DNA of 61,628 nucleotides from an uncultured Eubacteriales bacterium (GTDB lineage Bacteria; Bacillota_I; Bacilli_A; RFN20; CAG-288): NCBI GenBank assembly GCA_900316035.1, contig ONBI01000003.1, positions 1 to 61,628 of the forward strand, read 5' to 3'. Shown piece by piece: positions 56,381 to 61,628 of this stretch (position 1 is its first letter; each line of letters starts with the position of its first letter). The notes under the pieces were generated by a model. It saw only the letters and a program-made list of their open reading frames with translations, ran no database searches and was not told where the DNA came from. The position numbers and the translations under genes were made by a program.

Positions 56381-56474
56381 AGCACAATTTGACCCCGATA
56401 TTATAAGGAAAATAGCGTGAGAAAGCAAATTGCCAACCACCGTTGAAAATTAGATTACCAAAGGAAGGAAAAAA

Positions 56475-56966
56475 TCAGTTAAGAGAGAGGTTTGCTTTCC
56501 CCAAAAAGAAGACCAAAAGGAGCAGAAATAGAGTAGCAAACAAAAGAGAAACCGCAAAGATTTTCTTTCCTTGGTTCTCTTCCAAAAAGACAGAAACCGT
56601 AAGAACAAGATAAGAGAGAATAGCCGATCCTAATACGGTGATGTAATACCAAGTTCCAGAAGAAGCATAAAGAGCAAGAGAGATCAAAGATAAAGAATAA
56701 GAAATAAGACTTGCCCGGTCATAGCTCTTCCTTAAGAACCCAGCGATAGAGAAAACAAACATGACAAGAAAGAAAAGAAGAAGGAAAGCAAAAATCAATA
56801 ATACCTCTTCTCCGGCTTCCCCACGGAAGACCGAAGAAAGAGAAAAGATGATTCCTTTACTATCTTTCAGAAAAGGAAAAGCAAACCCAAGATAAAAAAG
56901 GAGACAGGCAAAAAGTCCAAGACTACGGCTTATATAAAAAAGAACTTGGGATTTACGGGAATTCAT
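56475..56966 (-). CDS. Hypothetical membrane protein
   Basis: About 5 hydrophobic segments; AAGG RBS before MNSRKS. Confidence 0.65.
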   Translation of the reverse strand: MNSRKSQVLFYISRSLGLFACLLFYLGFAFPFLKDSKGIIFSLSSVFRGEAGEEVLLIFAFLLLFFLVMFVFSIAGFLRKSYDRASLISYSLSLISLALYASSGTWYYITVLGSAILSYLVLTVSVFLEENQGKKIFAVSLLFATLFLLLLVFFLGKANLSLN

Positions 56967-57084
56967 AACCTTAATTATATAACGGAGAACAGTAACAACC
57001 GTTTCATTAAGTAATAAAACAATCGTCATTTTTATAAAAGCGTATTTTGCAAATAGGACCTGAAAAAGTCGGCAGCTTCCGCCT

Positions 57085-57294
57085 TATTCGGAGTCTTCCC
57101 GCGGACGGGGAGAAGCAGAAGGCGTTCGACTACGCGCCCTACCTACCGTGGTCGGAGAGCATACCCGACAAGCTCAGGGCGGAGCATTCCGACAGGGAAG
57201 AGAAGAAAGACGAGAAGAAAGACTGAAACAGACGATTATGAATGGATGGCCATCCATTCATAATCGTCTGTTTCAGTATATACGTGACGCTTAC
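57085..57294 (+). mobile_element. IS66-family remnant (transposase C-terminus plus right terminal IR)
   Basis: Frame reads LIRSLP..DYAPYLPWSESIPDKL..stop, like the IS66 TnpC LLPW end; element ends GTGACGCTTAC (reverse complement GTAAGCGTCAC, IS66-type terminus); left boundary approximate. Confidence 0.7.
57222..57277. repeat. Perfect 56-bp palindrome with no spacer
   Basis: ACTGAAACAGACGATTATGAATGGATGG immediately followed by its exact reverse complement. Confidence 0.97.
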
Positions 57295-57461
57295 GGATAG
57301 ATCATCCTTCTCATCCTCCTTGCACAGAGAGGATACCATCAAATAAAGGGACCCAATCAAGGCCCCCAATTTCCGCTTACAATTCTTTCCTTGTTATTGG
57401 GTGAACGTTCCGCCTTTGGATTTCCAATGCGAATCTGACTCATTTCAGCGGAAGACTGCTT

Positions 57462-57875
57462 TCAATTGAACAGAGAAATCACCTGAAGAAGCATCAGAAG
57501 AAAACCAATCAATTGAGCAACAATAACATGGGAAAGGGGAACTAAATAATGAAGCTCTTTTTCGTGTTCATCCATATCACAAGAATCCAGAGAAGAATCC
57601 GGGTGATTGAGACGGATCAAAAGTCGGCGTGCACCTCGGATGATAGAATAAGAAAAATAGTAGATGAGAATGCCAACAAGAGACAGGCATTCGAACAGAA
57701 TAATATTGCCTAAGGAAAGAGGAGAATAAAAAATCTCAAGGAGAAAAGCGACAATATTGAAGGAGAGAAGAGCAAAGAAAACAACGATTCTGGTAACCTG
57801 ATTGGCGCGATTTTCTTCCGTCAAAGCCTGTTCTTTATGAATTTCTTCCGGTGCTCGATCATCTTTTCTTCTCAT
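57462..57875 (-). CDS. Hypothetical three-TM membrane protein
   Basis: GGGGG RBS; hydrophobic segments; 18 nt after the upstream gene. Confidence 0.65.
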   Translation of the reverse strand: MRRKDDRAPEEIHKEQALTEENRANQVTRIVVFFALLSFNIVAFLLEIFYSPLSLGNIILFECLSLVGILIYYFSYSIIRGARRLLIRLNHPDSSLDSCDMDEHEKELHYLVPLSHVIVAQLIGFLLMLLQVISLFN

Positions 57876-57893
57876 GATGGATATCCCCCTTCT

Positions 57894-58394
57894 TCAGAAT
57901 TCGTAATACCCTTTCCCACCGATATCCAATAAATGGAAAGTCAGTGGCTGTTCTGTGATATCCGTACTGAATTCGATTCTCCCTTGGTAAATCAGGGAAC
58001 TGCCATCCACCCGATAACTGCCAATCCTATATTCCGTCAGCTTTTGCGGATAACTTACGAACACGGGATTTTCTCCTTCTTTCACTAAGGAACGACTCGG
58101 CTCTTTTTCCGGAAGAATTTCAAGTTTCATCCAAAAGCCTTCCACGTAACGCTTGTACTGAATACCAACATAAATAGAATAGTTGGAAGAAGCAAAAGTT
58201 CTTCTTGTCTCTTGATAGGAAATGACCTCGTTATTAATCGAAATTGCTTTGATATAAGTGGCGTAATTTTCTAAAGTGATTTCTTGAGGAAGCTTAGAAG
58301 GATGATTCATCGTCATTTGAAGAGATCCTACTAGAAAAGCGACGCCTAAGAAAAGGCTGCCCAGGATGCCAAAAGCATAATAGTTTCTTTTCAT
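57894..58394 (-). CDS. Hypothetical protein with N-terminal anchor/signal
   Basis: AGGAGG RBS before MKRNYYAF; single N-terminal hydrophobic helix. Confidence 0.7.
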   Translation of the reverse strand: MKRNYYAFGILGSLFLGVAFLVGSLQMTMNHPSKLPQEITLENYATYIKAISINNEVISYQETRRTFASSNYSIYVGIQYKRYVEGFWMKLEILPEKEPSRSLVKEGENPVFVSYPQKLTEYRIGSYRVDGSSLIYQGRIEFSTDITEQPLTFHLLDIGGKGYYEF

Positions 58395-58407
58395 ACCTTT
58401 TTCCTCC

Positions 58408-61080
58408 TTAAATCGATAAGGTAAAGCGAAAATAACCTGTGTGAGAAGCCGTATCACAAAAACCTATGTACACATAATATCGTTTGCCTTCTGGTTTCAG
58501 ATGAGCAATGCTTATTTTTCCGTTATTAGAATAGTATGTATGTAGAATATTGAAATTTGAATCCAAAAGGATAACTTTGAAATATTTCACTTCAAAGACC
58601 GATTCGACACCTACTTCGTAATCCATGCCACTTGCACCTGTAACGGGGTAATAGACACAAGAATCCCTACTGGTATCTAAATAAGACGTATGACTATATG
58701 TGATTGCACCTGAAGAAGAAAGATCAGAGCGAGTTGGTTCCTCATTATACACACTAATTTTGTAAGAGAAAGAATCATCGTCATCATCATAAGCACAAAC
58801 TTTTACTTGAAGATAATAAATGTATCCTTTCTCCAAATAGGCATGGATTGTTTCATTACCCCCGTTGATATACAAACCTCGAGAAATGATATCCATTTGC
58901 CAGTTATACAAAGTTAAAGCAAGGCCAGCGTTTCCAAAACCAGTAAAAGTATAAACACTACTTCGCGTAGGAACAAATTTATACCATTTATAATAATTTG
59001 ATGTATTTGAATCTCCAGTAATCACGCTGGGCGTTGTCGCTTCCGATAAGGTTGGTCCAAAACGCGTGGCCAAGAAATAAGTGTACCCACCCTCAGAGGT
59101 AGAATAGTTGTGTAATGTAAAATGGTATTTTTGTCCGGCTGACAAATAGCAAGTGATCTCTGAACAATGATGCAAAGAAGCAGAATTTTCATAAGAACCA
59201 CCATCATTATTTTCTGAAAGAAGATTGTTTGCACTTGAATACAGGGAAAGAACAGTGCGATAATCAGATCCAAACGTTTCAAATAAATAGTTACCACTGA
59301 CATACGGAGTAAAATATATCGTTTGAACCCCACCAGGGACCAATTCTATTCCCTTAGGAGAATCTCCTTCATAAATAGTAATGGAAGAAGCAGTCGGAAA
59401 CTCATTGACAAAATGCTGAAAAACAATTTGACCACTTGTCAAAGTGTCCAATGAATTAGAAGTCAAAGTGTTATCTTTAACTATTTTTAATGAAATAGCT
59501 GTAGTAAGAGTGGAATTCCAGTTGACGTCGGCATTTTTTTGAATTTTATTGTATGCTACTTCAAATAAATCAGATTTACCAGACGACTTTGCTTTATATA
59601 GAAGAGGATCTTCTTTGTTGTATGTGTCTTTTGCAGTAACTAATTGACAAGCTATTGACTTTATTAGTTCTCCACGCTCCTGAATCATTGTGTTTGTGTT
59701 AGTGTAAGCGTTCAAAAAAGTGTTGCTGAGAATAAAAGAACCATCACTTGTTTTTGTTAAATCATAGTTGGAATTCGGATAAGGAGAATGCGAATAAACA
59801 TAATTCAAGACATCAACAGCAATATCAATAACTTTTGAAATGTTTTCTCCGATGACAGGTATGAAACTGATTGCTTTAGAAGCAATATCAACAATTTCAG
59901 TATCGATTGGATTAGAAGAATTTTTAACAGAACCTCGAGCAGTTAATGAGTAAGATGAAAAAGCATAGCCATAATCACCATATGGATCATAACCCGATTC
60001 CCATGGATTCTTATGATCATTGTTTTGAAGCTGAAGATCAACTCCAATTTCAGCAATGGCTAACCTAGTAGAGAAAGCACCATAGGAGGCATTGACAAGA
60101 CCAGTACTGCTATCATAAGAAGCATATGCATCATAAACAGGTGAAATGGATACAGAACCAACTTGTACCTTTGATAATTTCTTAAGGCTGACATCAAACA
60201 AAAGAAAGGATGAAACATTCCGATTAGAATCTTTTGCGGTTTTAATATAAAAGCCATATTCGGGACCGATACATAATTTCTGACCGCTATGGATAAACAA
60301 TTCTTTTGGAATCAATTGAACAACAGGATTATCATAGCCATTGGCATTTCCAGAAAGCCTCTTTGTTTCCCGATAAGAAGAATCGGAAACGTATTTTTGT
60401 AGAAGAGAGTCGTAGCTAGTATACTCAAGGTAATCCGTACAATTGTCAACACTGGAATTGCCATTTGACGCAACCCTAGCCGGCCGCTGTGAAACACTAT
60501 TTTCTGAAATTTCTATCTCATTATTTACTTTACTGAGAAGAAAATCATTCCGGAAATTCAAAGATGTCAACAGTTGAGATACCTTTTTGTTAGAAAAATC
60601 ATTTCCATCGATTTGAATATAATTAGAAAGAATATATGATTCGGTAGCAGAAGAAGCAAGCATAGTATATCGAAGAACTTCTTCCCCTTTAGAGTAATCA
60701 ACTATCAAAATTGGTTTAGCATGTTCATAACAGAGAACAAGATTTACAAGCCCGTAAGTTGGGAAAGCATTGGAACTACCAACTATATCAGCAACGTAAA
60801 GAGGAATATCGCAATAATCATCCATACGATAAAAGGAATAAACAAAAACCGAGAATGTTGTATTAGAAGAAAGCTGAACAATACCAGCAGAATCTTCACT
60901 ATTATCTGAGAAAGAAGGGAAGGTTGAATCGTCAATAGATTCATTCTGACGCTTGGCCTGAGGGGCAACAGCAATTATGCCATTGTTTCCAGTTTCTCTA
61001 AAACTAGAAACTCTACCAAAAGAGGAGTTCAACCCGTAAAGAAGAGAAAAGAGGAAACAGATAATGAGCATCTTTTTCAT
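58408..61080 (-). CDS. Large secreted protein with C-terminal PPC-like beta-sandwich repeats
   Basis: Signal MKKMLIICFLF; repeats F.P..SG.Y.F.T.G....L.LY..YL..G..Y; AT-rich. Confidence 0.8.
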   Translation of the reverse strand: MKKMLIICFLFSLLYGLNSSFGRVSSFRETGNNGIIAVAPQAKRQNESIDDSTFPSFSDNSEDSAGIVQLSSNTTFSVFVYSFYRMDDYCDIPLYVADIVGSSNAFPTYGLVNLVLCYEHAKPILIVDYSKGEEVLRYTMLASSATESYILSNYIQIDGNDFSNKKVSQLLTSLNFRNDFLLSKVNNEIEISENSVSQRPARVASNGNSSVDNCTDYLEYTSYDSLLQKYVSDSSYRETKRLSGNANGYDNPVVQLIPKELFIHSGQKLCIGPEYGFYIKTAKDSNRNVSSFLLFDVSLKKLSKVQVGSVSISPVYDAYASYDSSTGLVNASYGAFSTRLAIAEIGVDLQLQNNDHKNPWESGYDPYGDYGYAFSSYSLTARGSVKNSSNPIDTEIVDIASKAISFIPVIGENISKVIDIAVDVLNYVYSHSPYPNSNYDLTKTSDGSFILSNTFLNAYTNTNTMIQERGELIKSIACQLVTAKDTYNKEDPLLYKAKSSGKSDLFEVAYNKIQKNADVNWNSTLTTAISLKIVKDNTLTSNSLDTLTSGQIVFQHFVNEFPTASSITIYEGDSPKGIELVPGGVQTIYFTPYVSGNYLFETFGSDYRTVLSLYSSANNLLSENNDGGSYENSASLHHCSEITCYLSAGQKYHFTLHNYSTSEGGYTYFLATRFGPTLSEATTPSVITGDSNTSNYYKWYKFVPTRSSVYTFTGFGNAGLALTLYNWQMDIISRGLYINGGNETIHAYLEKGYIYYLQVKVCAYDDDDDSFSYKISVYNEEPTRSDLSSSGAITYSHTSYLDTSRDSCVYYPVTGASGMDYEVGVESVFEVKYFKVILLDSNFNILHTYYSNNGKISIAHLKPEGKRYYVYIGFCDTASHTGYFRFTLSI

Positions 61081-61489
61081 TCCTTTATCCCTCACTAAGA
61101 AAATAATAGCTTCAAAAAAAGCAATTGTAAATAGAGGGAAGAGTGTTTCCTTAATTTTAGTAAATGGAATAATCTAACAATTATCAGGGAAAAAGGCGCC
61201 GAAAAGTCATAAAGATTTTAGTAACACTTTGTTACAAATGCACAACTCAGTAAATCCAACAGAAAAGAAATCAAGCCTTATGTTTTCGAATATCGCACGG
61301 ATTTCCGAAAAGAAGACAAAAGCCTTTGTCTTCGGTATTTGATATCTAAAAGCAATCATAAACGAAGCAAAACAAAGAGCATCACTATCGATTAGAAAAG
61401 TCACAAAGGCTAGTACAATTCATCATTCCTTTTCGCCGAGGAATCAGCTTTACGAAAAAAGAAGATTGCGACTATCACATGGAATAACC

Positions 61490-61519
61490 AAAAAAAGGAC
61501 ATCCTCAGTTGGATGCCCT
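61490..61519 (-). terminator. Terminator downstream of the 5S rRNA
   Basis: Minus strand GGGCATCC..GGATGTCC followed by a T-run. Confidence 0.8.
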
Positions 61520-61536
61520 AGAAATTTACAGAAAAA

Positions 61537-61628
<92 letters not shown>

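Noticed and set aside
61219-61236. GTAAC-N5-GTTAC as a GlnR/TnrA box
   Set aside because: Imperfect single match with no nitrogen-metabolism context

Overview
This 61.6 kb bacterial chromosome segment uses genetic code 11 (TGA and TAG both serve as stops). It most likely comes from a Bacilli lineage near Erysipelotrichales, RF39, RFN20 or Mollicutes; this is inferred from the short 5S rRNA, the RpoB His526->Asn change and the scrambled Firmicutes gene order. Most of it is housekeeping: nrdG-nrdD, transporters, a two-component system, tRNA-Gly(CCC), rplK-rplA-rplJ-rplL-rpoB-rpoC, rplS, rpsP-khpA-rimM-trmD, asp23-fakA-recG-plsX-rnc-ftsY-ylxM-ffh, and the 3' part of a 5S rRNA. Two AT-richer accessory regions stand out. 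(1) At 37.8-42.3 kb, two convergent operons each pair a secreted papain-like cysteine peptidase with a downstream lipoprotein. One lipoprotein is a serpin, and its partner peptidase is split by a single in-frame TAG. This candidate protease/inhibitor system is the best lead. (2) At 57-61 kb there is an IS66 end remnant carrying a perfect 56-bp palindrome, and a three-gene operon headed by a secreted protein of about 890 aa with repeated C-terminal domains. Other notable items are a circularly permuted amino-acid-binding lipoprotein under three HisR-type operators, an orphan hairpin RNA candidate at 7.2 kb, a tRNA-Gly with an aberrant T-arm, and an L11 lacking its Pro-Pro motif. All calls come from reading motifs by eye; no searches were run.
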